A stretch of 44,176 nucleotides of DNA from Tannerella sp. (lineage in GTDB: Bacteria > Bacteroidota > Bacteroidia > Bacteroidales > Tannerellaceae), in the NCBI GenBank assembly GCA_031266995.1, contig JAIRZY010000152.1:1-44176 (forward strand). The letters are read 5' to 3'. The notes beneath the pieces are model-generated. The model was not told where the DNA came from, ran no database searches, and worked only from the letters and a program-made list of their open reading frames with translations. Made by a program: the position numbers and the translations under genes. Of this stretch, positions 8,748 to 18,467 are shown in pieces (the stretch's first letter is position 1; each line of letters opens with the position of its first letter).

Positions 8748-10109
8748 ATGAAAGTCAAAGGATTTTTGTTAGTTGCCGGTTTATGCGCAACGATAATGAG
8801 TGCAAATGCACAAAAGGGAGTAGATAATGGCACCCGCTTCGGTTCGGGTGCGGACAGCATTCGTTGTTTGGAAAATGTCAGCCTTGCAACCTCTTACGCC
8901 AAGGTAGATAATTTTCAGGACGCGTATCCTTTTTGGAAAATCGCATACGATGAATGTCCTGCCGCAACCAAAGATTTGTATCTGTACGGAGTACGCATTG
9001 TGAACTGGCAGATTTCGCAGGAAAAAGACCCTGCCAAACTATCTGCCCTGACAGACGACCTGATGGCGGTGTATGACAAGCGCGTCAAGTATTTCGGTGA
9101 CGACCCGCGATATGGCAAAGACTGGATTGTAGCCCGCAAGGCACAGGACTATATGCGCCTGAAAGGTGACAATGCCGATGCGGCTACGCTTTACGGCTGG
9201 CTGAGCGAAGCCTTGACGGAATATAAGGAAAAAACCGATCCGCTGGCCGTCTCGCTCTACATGTTTGCGTCGCTCAAGTTGATGGATAAGAACGAAAGTC
9301 ATAAGGGGAAATACGTTGAAGACTTTCTTTCCTGCTCCGACATTTTCGACAAGCAGATGGATGTCGCCAAAACTGCCAATGACAGCAAGGAACTTGGCAA
9401 TCTGGAAGTGATGAAGGCGGATATCGAACGCAACTTTGCCGCCAGCGGTGCGGCCGACTGTGCTACGCTCGAAAGCATCTATGCCGACAAAATCGAGCAG
9501 AGCAAGGAGAATATCAAGTTCTTGAAAGAAACGCTCGTCCTGCTCAGAAGAGTCAGATGCCAAGACAGCGAGACATTTTTCAAGGCATCCGAGTATGCCC
9601 ACCGGATTGAACCTACGGCCGAATCGGCGCTGGGCATGGGCAAGCAGGCCGTGAAGAAGGATGATATGGCGATGGCCGAAAAATATTTTCTGGAAGCGGC
9701 TGATCTGGCAACAGAAAACGACGTGAAAGGCGATATTTACTATACAATAGCGCTAATCGCCAGCGACCAGCGAAATTATTCGAAATCAAGGCAGTTCTGT
9801 CAGAGAGCTGTAGAGGCCGACCCGATGAACTGTGCGCCTTACCTCCTGATCGGCAAGATGTATATCAACACGGCTGCGAGCGTATATCCCGACGATCCTG
9901 TTTTGCGCAAGTGCGTGTATTATGCCGCCATCGACAAGTTCGAAAGAGCGCGCCAGAGCGAATCCTGCGCGAGCGAAGCATCCCAGCTGATCAGCCAGTA
10001 CCGCGCGTACTACCCGACCGCAGAAGAAATATTCATGCACCCCGACCTCAAAAAAGGCGAAGCCATCACCATCGGTGGCTGGATCAGTGAACGTACTACC
10101 GTAAAATAA
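8748..10109 (+). CDS. Exported tetratricopeptide-repeat protein
   Basis: Signal peptide; helical repeats with TPR-like A..Y/F..A patterns in the C-terminal half; IGGWISERTT end. Confidence 0.75.
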   Translation: MKVKGFLLVAGLCATIMSANAQKGVDNGTRFGSGADSIRCLENVSLATSYAKVDNFQDAYPFWKIAYDECPAATKDLYLYGVRIVNWQISQEKDPAKLSALTDDLMAVYDKRVKYFGDDPRYGKDWIVARKAQDYMRLKGDNADAATLYGWLSEALTEYKEKTDPLAVSLYMFASLKLMDKNESHKGKYVEDFLSCSDIFDKQMDVAKTANDSKELGNLEVMKADIERNFAASGAADCATLESIYADKIEQSKENIKFLKETLVLLRRVRCQDSETFFKASEYAHRIEPTAESALGMGKQAVKKDDMAMAEKYFLEAADLATENDVKGDIYYTIALIASDQRNYSKSRQFCQRAVEADPMNCAPYLLIGKMYINTAASVYPDDPVLRKCVYYAAIDKFERARQSESCASEASQLISQYRAYYPTAEEIFMHPDLKKGEAITIGGWISERTTVK

Positions 10110-10118
10110 ACCGTGCGT

Positions 10119-10733
10119 ATGCATCCCAGTCGCGGGACAAATAAAGGCATGGCAATACTCTTCCGGGTAGCTGTCATGCCTCTTTTCTTTCTCATTTCGT
10201 GCCACTTCGAGACGAAGGAGTTTGTCGACATCGCCTTCGACCCCGAGACCCATTACACGATGAAGGCAGTCGGCGTGTCCAAGCTCGTCTCCGATTCGGG
10301 CGTGGTCAAATACAGGGCCGAAGCGCAGGAATGGTTCGTCTTCGACAAGGCGAACGAGCCGTACTGGTATTTTCCCGAAAAGGTACATGTCGAGCAATTC
10401 GACACCCTGTCCCAGATCGAAGCAAGTTTTGATGCCGACACAGCGTATTATTATTCCAGAACGAAAATCTGGAAATTCATCGGAAATGTGGACTTCCGGA
10501 ACGTTGTGGGCGAACGGTTTGAAACTTCGCTGCTCTACTGGGACCAGAATACTGAACAAGTGTATTCGGACCGATTCATCCGCATTACGAAAAACGACTT
10601 TGTGAATACGGGCATCGGTTTCGAATCGAATCAGACGCTAACGAGCTACAGGATATTCAATTCCGGTGCCGTCATTCCCGTCCGGGAGGAAGCGCGTGAC
10701 ACGACGGAAGCAGGAAAAACACCCTCCTTGTGA
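10119..10733 (+). CDS. lptC: LPS export ABC transporter periplasmic protein LptC
   Basis: LVSDSGVVKYR, YWYFPE, FETSLLYWDQ, VYSDRFIRI and GIGFESNQ motifs; N-terminal anchor/lipobox LISC; start uncertain (10113, 10119 or 10149). Confidence 0.85.
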   Translation: MHPSRGTNKGMAILFRVAVMPLFFLISCHFETKEFVDIAFDPETHYTMKAVGVSKLVSDSGVVKYRAEAQEWFVFDKANEPYWYFPEKVHVEQFDTLSQIEASFDADTAYYYSRTKIWKFIGNVDFRNVVGERFETSLLYWDQNTEQVYSDRFIRITKNDFVNTGIGFESNQTLTSYRIFNSGAVIPVREEARDTTEAGKTPSL

Positions 10734-10773
10734 AAAAAATCGACTGAAAGGATGCGCTCATTACTTTTTTTTA

Positions 10774-10781
10774 TACCTTTG
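10774..10781 (+). promoter_or_regulatory. Internal -7 box TACCTTTG upstream of ppiD
   Basis: TAnnTTTG about 40 nt upstream of ATG 10821. Confidence 0.55.
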
Positions 10782-10820
10782 TGCCCTTAATAGAAAATTA
10801 TAAAAACGATAAAATAGAAA

Positions 10821-12965
10821 ATGGCAACATTAGAGAAGATTCGAAATCATGCAGGCTTACTGGTAATGGTCGTTGGGCTGGCGCTGTTCGCTTTTATCAT
10901 CAACGACGCGTTAAACTCCACTTCTACCTATCAGAGGCAGTCTCAGGACGAAGTAGCCAACGTTGACGGCACGCCGATCAAATATATGGACTACAGTTTC
11001 CGTATCGAAGAAATGACGGATGTATTTAAAATTCAATCGCAAACTACTCTCGTAACCGACGAATACAAGGAGCAGATCAACCAGAGCGTGTATGACATGA
11101 TGGTGCGCGAAATCATCATGAACAACGACTTCGGTGATATGGGAATCTATGTGACGCCCGAAGAACTGTTCGACATGGTCGAGGGCGAAAACGTTTCACC
11201 GATGGCACAGCAGTTTCCCCTGTTTATCGATCCGTCGACCGGCATGTTCAGCAAAGCATATGCGCTGGACGTCCTTAAGTCGTTCGACAATCTGGATAAT
11301 TTCACGCCCAGCCAGCGTCCCGAAATCGAAAGACTGCGCAACTTCTGGCTCTTCTGGGAGCGCAACATGAAAACGCAGCGTTTGCAGGAAAAATACATGA
11401 ATTTGCTGGGTAAGGCAATTGTAGCCAACCCACTCGAAGCCAGAGACGCTTACGAATCGTCGCTCGAAAGTTCGGACATCGTCTTCGCCATGCAGTCATA
11501 TTCGACGGTACCCGATTCACTTATCAACGTAGACAACAGCGAAATAAGAAAACTGTATAACGAACGCAAAGAGCAATTCAAGCAGCGCGAAGGCCGGGTT
11601 GTCGATTACATCGCAGTGGAAGTGCGTCCCAGCGAGGCGGATTACGAAAACGCAAGAATTGAAATCGAAGAACTCAAAAACGAGCTGGCTTCGGCGGAAG
11701 ATATGGAAACGTATGCAGGCACGACGTCGAACGTCGATTACATGGACGCATTTATGTCGGCGGCCATGCTGGATACAGAAATGAAAGCCTTTGCCGAAAT
11801 CGCGCAACTCGGCGACATCGACGGGCCGACGTTTGCCAACGATGCTTATACTCTATTGAAACTAAACGATAAAACCATTGCCCCTGATTCGGTACGGGTG
11901 TATCATATTCTCCTGACGTCACTGACCGGCACCGGCGTAGACAGCACGGTGACCGCCCAGGCGGACAGCCTGCTGAACGTATTGAAAAGCGGAGGTGATT
12001 TTGAAGCATTGGTTTTGCAGTATTCGTATGACGACCAGACGAAAACTACTGGAGGTGAAATAGGGTGGCTTACGGAAGCAGGCGCGCTGCAGGCTGGCGG
12101 AAAAGAATTTAAAGACGCTGTTTTTGATGCTGCTCTGAACCAGCCGACGCTCTTGAAAGCATCGTATGGCATTCATATTCTAAAGATCGCAGAAAGGACG
12201 GCGAATGTGCCCAAATACAAGATAGCTCGCGCGTATCTCGAAATAACACCGAGCAACAAAACATTTAATGACACATACAATCAACTGAATCAGTTTGTTG
12301 CTACCAACAATACACCAGAGAAAATAACTGCCGCCGCAGCCGAAGCGGGTTATAATCTGATTTCGGGCATAAGAATTATGACCACCGACCGTGTACTGGG
12401 TGCCGTTCCCAATTCGCGAAGCGTCATCCGCTGGGCCTTCGAAAGCACGCGCAAAAATGAAGTGTCGAACATCATCGACTGTAATAATCAGTTTGTTGTA
12501 GCTGTCCGCAAGGATGTTTTGCCCGAAGGCTACCAGTCCATCAATTCGGTCGCGTCGATGCTGCGTTCGGAGATTGCTGCGAAGAAAAAAGGCGAACAAA
12601 TTGCGAAAAGCTTGAAGGATAAAAATATACATAATCTGCAGGCGTATGCGGATGCAATGAGTTCACCGATTGACACGGTGAAATTCATTACGATGAATAC
12701 CTCGCGTATCACTAATATAGGATTGGAACCCGTCCTGAACGCCGAAATCACTTATGCACAGCCCAATCAGTTGTGTGGCCCGATAATTGGAAGCAACGGC
12801 GTGTATGTCTTTACGGTTGTCAACCGTACGCAGGAGGGTGAAACTTACAACGAACAGGAACAAATCCGCACGATGGACATGTCGAACTCTTACAAGGGCT
12901 ATCAGGCTTTTCAGCAACTGATTGACAAGGCGAAAATTATAGACAACCGGATTCGTTTCGACTGA
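10821..12965 (+). CDS. ppiD: SurA-N / parvulin peptidyl-prolyl isomerase (PpiD-like)
   Basis: MATLEKIRN..GLLV.VVGLALFAFI membrane anchor; rotamase motifs HIL, GGEIGW and YGIHI. Confidence 0.85.
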   Translation: MATLEKIRNHAGLLVMVVGLALFAFIINDALNSTSTYQRQSQDEVANVDGTPIKYMDYSFRIEEMTDVFKIQSQTTLVTDEYKEQINQSVYDMMVREIIMNNDFGDMGIYVTPEELFDMVEGENVSPMAQQFPLFIDPSTGMFSKAYALDVLKSFDNLDNFTPSQRPEIERLRNFWLFWERNMKTQRLQEKYMNLLGKAIVANPLEARDAYESSLESSDIVFAMQSYSTVPDSLINVDNSEIRKLYNERKEQFKQREGRVVDYIAVEVRPSEADYENARIEIEELKNELASAEDMETYAGTTSNVDYMDAFMSAAMLDTEMKAFAEIAQLGDIDGPTFANDAYTLLKLNDKTIAPDSVRVYHILLTSLTGTGVDSTVTAQADSLLNVLKSGGDFEALVLQYSYDDQTKTTGGEIGWLTEAGALQAGGKEFKDAVFDAALNQPTLLKASYGIHILKIAERTANVPKYKIARAYLEITPSNKTFNDTYNQLNQFVATNNTPEKITAAAAEAGYNLISGIRIMTTDRVLGAVPNSRSVIRWAFESTRKNEVSNIIDCNNQFVVAVRKDVLPEGYQSINSVASMLRSEIAAKKKGEQIAKSLKDKNIHNLQAYADAMSSPIDTVKFITMNTSRITNIGLEPVLNAEITYAQPNQLCGPIIGSNGVYVFTVVNRTQEGETYNEQEQIRTMDMSNSYKGYQAFQQLIDKAKIIDNRIRFD

Positions 12966-13035
12966 TCGCAAGAGACAGTACTCACATAGAAAGCTGTTGT
13001 ACAGATGTGTGCGACAGCTTTTATCGTTTAAGAAT

Positions 13036-14112
13036 ATGAATGTCAATAATCGGAAAACACGCCTGCTGGGGATGACGCTCGACGAATTGAAGGAGGTTGC
13101 CGTCGGCGTCGGATTGCCGTCATACGCCGCCCGCCAGCTCGCCGACTGGCTGTATAAGAAAAAAGTAACCTCCATCGGAGAAATGACTAACCTCGCAAAG
13201 ACGAAGCGCGCTTTGCTGGAAGCATCGTACGAAGTCGGCGCATTGCCACCCGGCCGCGAAATGAAATCGATTGACGGTACGGTCAAATACCTGTTTCGTA
13301 TCCCGCCCGACTACGCGGTCGAAACCGTTTACATTCCGGAAAAAGAACGTGCAACGCTCTGCGTTTCCTCGCAGGTCGGATGCCGGATGAATTGCCTTTT
13401 CTGCATGACGGGCAAGCAGGGTTTTTCTGCCAACCTGACTGCCGGCGATATTATCAATCAGATTCAATCCGTGCCGGTGTTGGAACAATTTACTAACGTC
13501 GTGTTCATGGGCATGGGCGAACCATTCGACAATACGGACGAACTGTTCAATGCGTTGAATATCATGACCTCCGATTACGGATATGGCTGGAGTCCGAAGC
13601 GAATTACGGTTTCTACGATCGGGATTATGGAAGGCCTACGCCGTTTTCTTGACGAGAGCACATGTCATCTGGCGGTGAGTTTACATTCGCCTTATTCGGA
13701 TGAAAGACGGTCGCTTATGCCGATCGAAAAGGCTTATCCTGCGGCGGAAATCATTCGTTTGCTGAAGCAATACGATTTTTCGCATCAGCGGCGCGTTTCG
13801 TTCGAATACATCTTGTTCGAAAACAGAAACGATTCGCCGACACATGCCGAAGCGTTGGCGCGTATGCTGCGCGGACTGGAATGTCGTGTCAACCTGATAC
13901 GCTTTCATACAATACCCGGAACATCGCTCGAGAGCAGCAGTCAGTCGCGAATGGAACAGTTTCGCGATGCACTGAACATGAGGGGAATAACCTGCACAAT
14001 TCGCACATCGCGAGGCGAAGACATCCTCGCTGCCTGCGGCATGTTGTCGACAACCGAAAAAAATACACCTGAAAAATCATCATTATATCCGCATAAAGAA
14101 CTATATTTGTAA
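13036..14112 (+). CDS. rlmN: 23S rRNA (A2503-C2)-methyltransferase, radical SAM
   Basis: CVSSQVGCRMNCLFC (CxxxCxxC), MGMGEP and DILAACGML motifs. Confidence 0.95.
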   Translation: MNVNNRKTRLLGMTLDELKEVAVGVGLPSYAARQLADWLYKKKVTSIGEMTNLAKTKRALLEASYEVGALPPGREMKSIDGTVKYLFRIPPDYAVETVYIPEKERATLCVSSQVGCRMNCLFCMTGKQGFSANLTAGDIINQIQSVPVLEQFTNVVFMGMGEPFDNTDELFNALNIMTSDYGYGWSPKRITVSTIGIMEGLRRFLDESTCHLAVSLHSPYSDERRSLMPIEKAYPAAEIIRLLKQYDFSHQRRVSFEYILFENRNDSPTHAEALARMLRGLECRVNLIRFHTIPGTSLESSSQSRMEQFRDALNMRGITCTIRTSRGEDILAACGMLSTTEKNTPEKSSLYPHKELYL

Positions 14113-14127
14113 CAAAATTTTAATGTT

Positions 14128-15177
14128 ATGAAAGCGTCGATATTAACGTCCGTGACCGGACTTGTTTTATTGTTTTTATTGAATGGATGTGAATTCTTCT
14201 CATCCTCATCGGCAGGTATCAAATCTTTACCTACTGCGACCGGAGTTGCGTATGAAATTGTAGTCGTAGCAAATCCGGATGTCTGGAACGATTCGGCGGG
14301 AGCAGTGATTAAGGACGAGTTACTTGCAGAAGTACCGGGTCTGCCCCAATATGAACCGTCCATGCGAGTGATGCACGTCGCGCCGAATGATTTCAACGGC
14401 ATGTTGACTTATGTCCGCAACATCCTGATTGTGGATATCAATGCATCGCAATATACGCGCATGTCTCTGCGAACCGAAAGCGACCGTTGGGCAAGCGGGC
14501 AGACCGTCGTGTATCTTTCGGCGCCCGTCCTGGATTCGCTGAGTGTATATTTGTCGCAAAATCACGGGACGCTGGTCAACTATTACACGCAGGTGGAAAT
14601 GGAAAGGCTTGCCCAGTATTACAAAAAAACTTACAGTTCATTTGTTTACGAAAAACTGAAAACCAAACTTGGTATCGGCCTGCATGTGCCTGAAGATTTC
14701 TCTGCATACAAGGACACGGCAGATTTCTTTTGGGCGACCAACGATACCCGCTTTGGACAGATGTACGTTGTCGTGTATACTTTTCCGTATACGGAAAAAA
14801 ACACGTTTACAGGCGACTATCTGGTTGCCATGCGCGATTCGATGATGCGCCGGTACATACCGGCGTCATTACCCGGCTCTTACATGCGAACTACGGAATA
14901 CGTGACATACACGCCCGTGACGTTGCAGGGCAAGTATTGCGGCGTATTACGCGGTTTGTGGAATACGCACGGCGACATGATGGGCGGGCCGTTCGTCAGT
15001 TATGCCCGTCTGGACGAGGCGAATAATCGCGTGATTGTCACAGAAGGATTTGTATATGCACCCGAAACGGACAAACGGAGTTTTATCAGAAGGATAGAAG
15101 CGGCTCTGTATACGCTGGAATTGCCTGAACAGCCGGTCGAGGAGGTAGCGGGAATCAAAGCCGCAATACAGCAATAA
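14128..15177 (+). CDS. DUF4837 family lipoprotein
   Basis: Lipobox LLNGC; PGLPQYEP, RGLW...MGGPFVSY and EGFVYAP motifs. Confidence 0.8.
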   Translation: MKASILTSVTGLVLLFLLNGCEFFSSSSAGIKSLPTATGVAYEIVVVANPDVWNDSAGAVIKDELLAEVPGLPQYEPSMRVMHVAPNDFNGMLTYVRNILIVDINASQYTRMSLRTESDRWASGQTVVYLSAPVLDSLSVYLSQNHGTLVNYYTQVEMERLAQYYKKTYSSFVYEKLKTKLGIGLHVPEDFSAYKDTADFFWATNDTRFGQMYVVVYTFPYTEKNTFTGDYLVAMRDSMMRRYIPASLPGSYMRTTEYVTYTPVTLQGKYCGVLRGLWNTHGDMMGGPFVSYARLDEANNRVIVTEGFVYAPETDKRSFIRRIEAALYTLELPEQPVEEVAGIKAAIQQ

Positions 15178-15189
15178 GTGAAACATTAA

Positions 15190-16296
15190 ATGGAGAAAAA
15201 GATCAAGGTCGGGATTACGCACGGCGACATCAACGGCGTCGGTTACGAAGTGATTCTGAAGACTTTTGCAGATGAGCGAATCACCGAATTGTGTACGCCG
15301 ATCATCTATGGCTCGCTGAAAATAGCGACGTATCACCAGAAAGCACTGGAATTACCGACCGTCAGTTTCAAGATAATCCGTTCGTCCGCGGAAGCCTTCG
15401 ACGGGAAAGTAAACCTGCTCAACTGTGTGGACGGAGATGTGAAGGTCGATTTTTCCCAATCTACGCCCGAGTCGGGAAAAGCCTCGTTGCAGTCGCTGGA
15501 AAAAGCCGTTTCGGACATGAAAGCCGGCACGATAGACGCCCTGCTGACGGCGCCGATCAATAAGCATGCAATCAGGAGCGACACATTCCGCTTTCCGGGA
15601 CATACCGAATATCTGGAAAGTCATTTCAGTCACGGCGGCAATACCCGTTCGCTGATGATCCTTGTGCATGACTCGTTGCGGGTAGCGCTGGTTACGGGGC
15701 ATATCCCTCTGTCCAAAGTCGCATCGCAACTCACTAAGCAGTTGATTACTGATAAGTTACTCGTATTCAATGCTTCGTTGAAGCAGGATTTTTGCATTGT
15801 CAGGCCACAGATTGCCGTGTTGTCGCTCAATCCTCATGCCGGAGATAACGGACTGCTGGGCACGGAAGAGAGCGAGTTGATCGCTCCCGCTATCCACGAT
15901 GCGGAAAAACAGGGTGTGATGGTTTTCGGACCTTACGCATCGGACGGTTTTTTCGGTTCGGAGGCATATCGCAAGTTCGACGGCGTGCTGGCCATGTATC
16001 ACGACCAGGGGTTGATACCCTTCAAAACGCTGGCGATGGAAGACGGTGTGAATTACACGGCCGGACTGTCCGTCGTGCGGACTTCGCCCGCCCACGGAAC
16101 GGCATACGACATTGCAGGGCAGAATATTGCATCGGAAGCATCTTTCCGCCGGGCGCTTTACACACTGCTCGACATTCATCGCAGCAGGATAAGATATAAG
16201 AAAATGACATCCAGTCCGCTGCAAAAGCATTACGTCGACAGGGGAGGCGACAACGTGAAACTTGACCTGACGAAAGAGGACGATTTGAATGATTAA
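15190..16296 (+). CDS. pdxA: 4-hydroxythreonine-4-phosphate dehydrogenase
   Basis: GITHGDINGVG, TAPINK, FPGHTEYL, LNPHAG, MYHDQG and RTSPAHGTAYDIAG motifs. Confidence 0.95.
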   Translation: MEKKIKVGITHGDINGVGYEVILKTFADERITELCTPIIYGSLKIATYHQKALELPTVSFKIIRSSAEAFDGKVNLLNCVDGDVKVDFSQSTPESGKASLQSLEKAVSDMKAGTIDALLTAPINKHAIRSDTFRFPGHTEYLESHFSHGGNTRSLMILVHDSLRVALVTGHIPLSKVASQLTKQLITDKLLVFNASLKQDFCIVRPQIAVLSLNPHAGDNGLLGTEESELIAPAIHDAEKQGVMVFGPYASDGFFGSEAYRKFDGVLAMYHDQGLIPFKTLAMEDGVNYTAGLSVVRTSPAHGTAYDIAGQNIASEASFRRALYTLLDIHRSRIRYKKMTSSPLQKHYVDRGGDNVKLDLTKEDDLND

Positions 16297-16807
16297 CAAT
16301 AACGCAATCATGTTCAAGGATAAGAAAATTGTATATACGTCAGGAACATTCGATATGTTCCATTACAATCATTTGCGGATGATTAATTATGCCCGCCAAC
16401 TGGCTGACATACTGATTGTAGGAGTGAGTACTGACGAATTGGTATCATCGTACAAGACTCCGCCGATTATCCCGTTCAACGAACGCCTTCAGATTATTGA
16501 AGCGCTGAAAACACCTGATATTGTGATACCTCAGCATACGTTAGATCATACTGAGATTGTGAAGAAACTGAACATCGACGCCTTTGTGGTGGGCGATGAC
16601 TGGTTCGGAAAGTATGACTACCTGAAAGACCTAAATGTAGAGGTATTTTATTTCCCATACGGGACAGGCATTTCGTCGTCGTCGCTGAAAGAAAAAATAT
16701 ATGACTCGTACGAGAAACATTTACAGGAAGAACGGCGGGCAAAGCCGGAAAGCGTAAAGGTCAATCCGGATATAGACCCTTCGCTTTCAACTTGTTCAGA
16801 AAAATAA
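16289..16807 (+). CDS. Cytidylyltransferase (TagD / glycerol-3-phosphate cytidylyltransferase-like)
   Basis: SGTFDMFHYNH (HxGH variant), VGVSTDE, VVGDDW and GISSS motifs; overlaps the pdxA stop; alternative start 16310. Confidence 0.85.
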   Translation: MINNNAIMFKDKKIVYTSGTFDMFHYNHLRMINYARQLADILIVGVSTDELVSSYKTPPIIPFNERLQIIEALKTPDIVIPQHTLDHTEIVKKLNIDAFVVGDDWFGKYDYLKDLNVEVFYFPYGTGISSSSLKEKIYDSYEKHLQEERRAKPESVKVNPDIDPSLSTCSEK

Positions 16808-16822
16808 AAAGTAACGGCTCGC

Positions 16823-17551
16823 ATGGATAAATATGCTTTTATTACGGGAGGGACAAAAGGAATCGGCAGGGCGGTAGCATCGCTTCTGGCGCAATCCGGT
16901 TATAACCTGTTTCTTTCGTACGGGAAAGACGATGTGGCGGCACAGGCTGTAGCGACGCATTTGCAGACGCAGCATCATGTGGCGGTGCATACGTTGCGGG
17001 CGGATATTTCGGAACGAAGTGCCATTGAAGATATTCTCCGCTACGTATCAGCACATTCTCTAAAAATGGACGTCGTAGTATTCAATGCGGGCCTGACCTG
17101 CCGCGAGCCGTTCGAAAGCATGGACCCGGAGGAATGGGAACGCGTCTTCTTCGCCAACGTGCATTTTCCCGTTTTTTTGTTGCAGCGGCTTGTGAAACAT
17201 ATTAATACAGACGGATGTGTGATCTTCACCGGCTCGTTGATGGGTATCGAACCACATGCCACGTCGCTATCGTACGGCGTGACGAAAGCGGCAGTCCATG
17301 CATTGACGAAAAACATGGTTAAATTCCTTACACCGTATCGAATACGTGTCAATGCCGTGGCGCCGGGATTTGTCAACACGGACTGGCAGAAGACCAAGCC
17401 CGAAGCCATCCGCCGCAGCATCGAGAGCAAAGTCGCTTCCGGACGGTTCTGCGAACCCGACGAACTGGCGGACGTATACAAAATGCTGATAGATAACTGT
17501 TATTTCAACGGCGAAATCATCGTGGTAGACGGAGGTTATTCATATAAATAG
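16823..17551 (+). CDS. SDR family oxidoreductase
   Basis: TGGTKGIG, FNAG, S...YGVTK (YxxxK), NAVAPG and VDGG motifs. Confidence 0.9.
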   Translation: MDKYAFITGGTKGIGRAVASLLAQSGYNLFLSYGKDDVAAQAVATHLQTQHHVAVHTLRADISERSAIEDILRYVSAHSLKMDVVVFNAGLTCREPFESMDPEEWERVFFANVHFPVFLLQRLVKHINTDGCVIFTGSLMGIEPHATSLSYGVTKAAVHALTKNMVKFLTPYRIRVNAVAPGFVNTDWQKTKPEAIRRSIESKVASGRFCEPDELADVYKMLIDNCYFNGEIIVVDGGYSYK

Positions 17552-17559
17552 CATACCGA

Positions 17560-18447
17560 ATGGATAAAGAATTTGAAGCATCGTTAAAATCAGTCGAGAC
17601 AGAAAACGCCGTCGACTTGTATTTCTACCGCCCTATCGGATTTCAGATAGCACGGGCTTTGCGGAATACGGGCATTACGCCCAATATGATTACGGTGCTT
17701 TCAATTTTTGTCGGTGTGGGGACGGGCATCCTGTTTTACTTCGACAGCTTGATTCTAAGTCTTATAGGTATTCTCTTGCTGGTTTTTGCCAATGTACTCG
17801 ACTGCGTGGACGGACAACTTGCGCGCATGAAAGGCATCAACTCCGAAATCGGACGCATCCTCGACGGCGTGGCAGGAGACCTCTGGTTTCTATCGATTTA
17901 CGTTTGCCTGGCATTGCGACTTACATACATGCATCATACGGCATGGTTTTTTCTTCCGGCACTCATCGCAGGCATATCGCATCTCCTGCAAGCCAATATT
18001 ACAGACTATTACAAGACGGCTCATCTCTTCTTTGTCAGTCCCGAGAAAGGATGCGAGTTTCACAATCTCGAACAGGTTCGTCGTAAACAAAAAACCGTCA
18101 AAAAAGGATTCCAGAAGTTCTTTTTTGCTTTATATGAAGCATATACAGACGTACAGGTAAATATGACGCCCGCTCTGCAAGCGCTCATTAGAAATCTCTG
18201 CGCAAAATACGGCGATGACGTCCCCGAAGACATACGGCTGAATTTCAGGCGAAAAAGTTGCAAACTGATGAAATGGTGCATCGACTTCCTGACGTTTAAC
18301 GGGCGAACCATCGTGTTGTTTGTCATCGTCCTGACGGGCTACATTTGGGTCTATTTCATATACGAGGCTGTCATACTGAACATTATTTTGTTCATCGCCA
18401 TTCGCCGGCACGAAAGGATGTGCAGGAAAATCAACGAGAGCCTCTGA
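17560..18447 (+). CDS. CDP-alcohol phosphatidyltransferase family protein
   Basis: ITPNMIT and DCVDGQLAR...SEIGRILDGVAGD signature; multiple TM segments. Confidence 0.9.
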   Translation: MDKEFEASLKSVETENAVDLYFYRPIGFQIARALRNTGITPNMITVLSIFVGVGTGILFYFDSLILSLIGILLLVFANVLDCVDGQLARMKGINSEIGRILDGVAGDLWFLSIYVCLALRLTYMHHTAWFFLPALIAGISHLLQANITDYYKTAHLFFVSPEKGCEFHNLEQVRRKQKTVKKGFQKFFFALYEAYTDVQVNMTPALQALIRNLCAKYGDDVPEDIRLNFRRKSCKLMKWCIDFLTFNGRTIVLFVIVLTGYIWVYFIYEAVILNIILFIAIRRHERMCRKINESL

Positions 18448-18467
18448 CAATCTATCTTATTTTTTTA

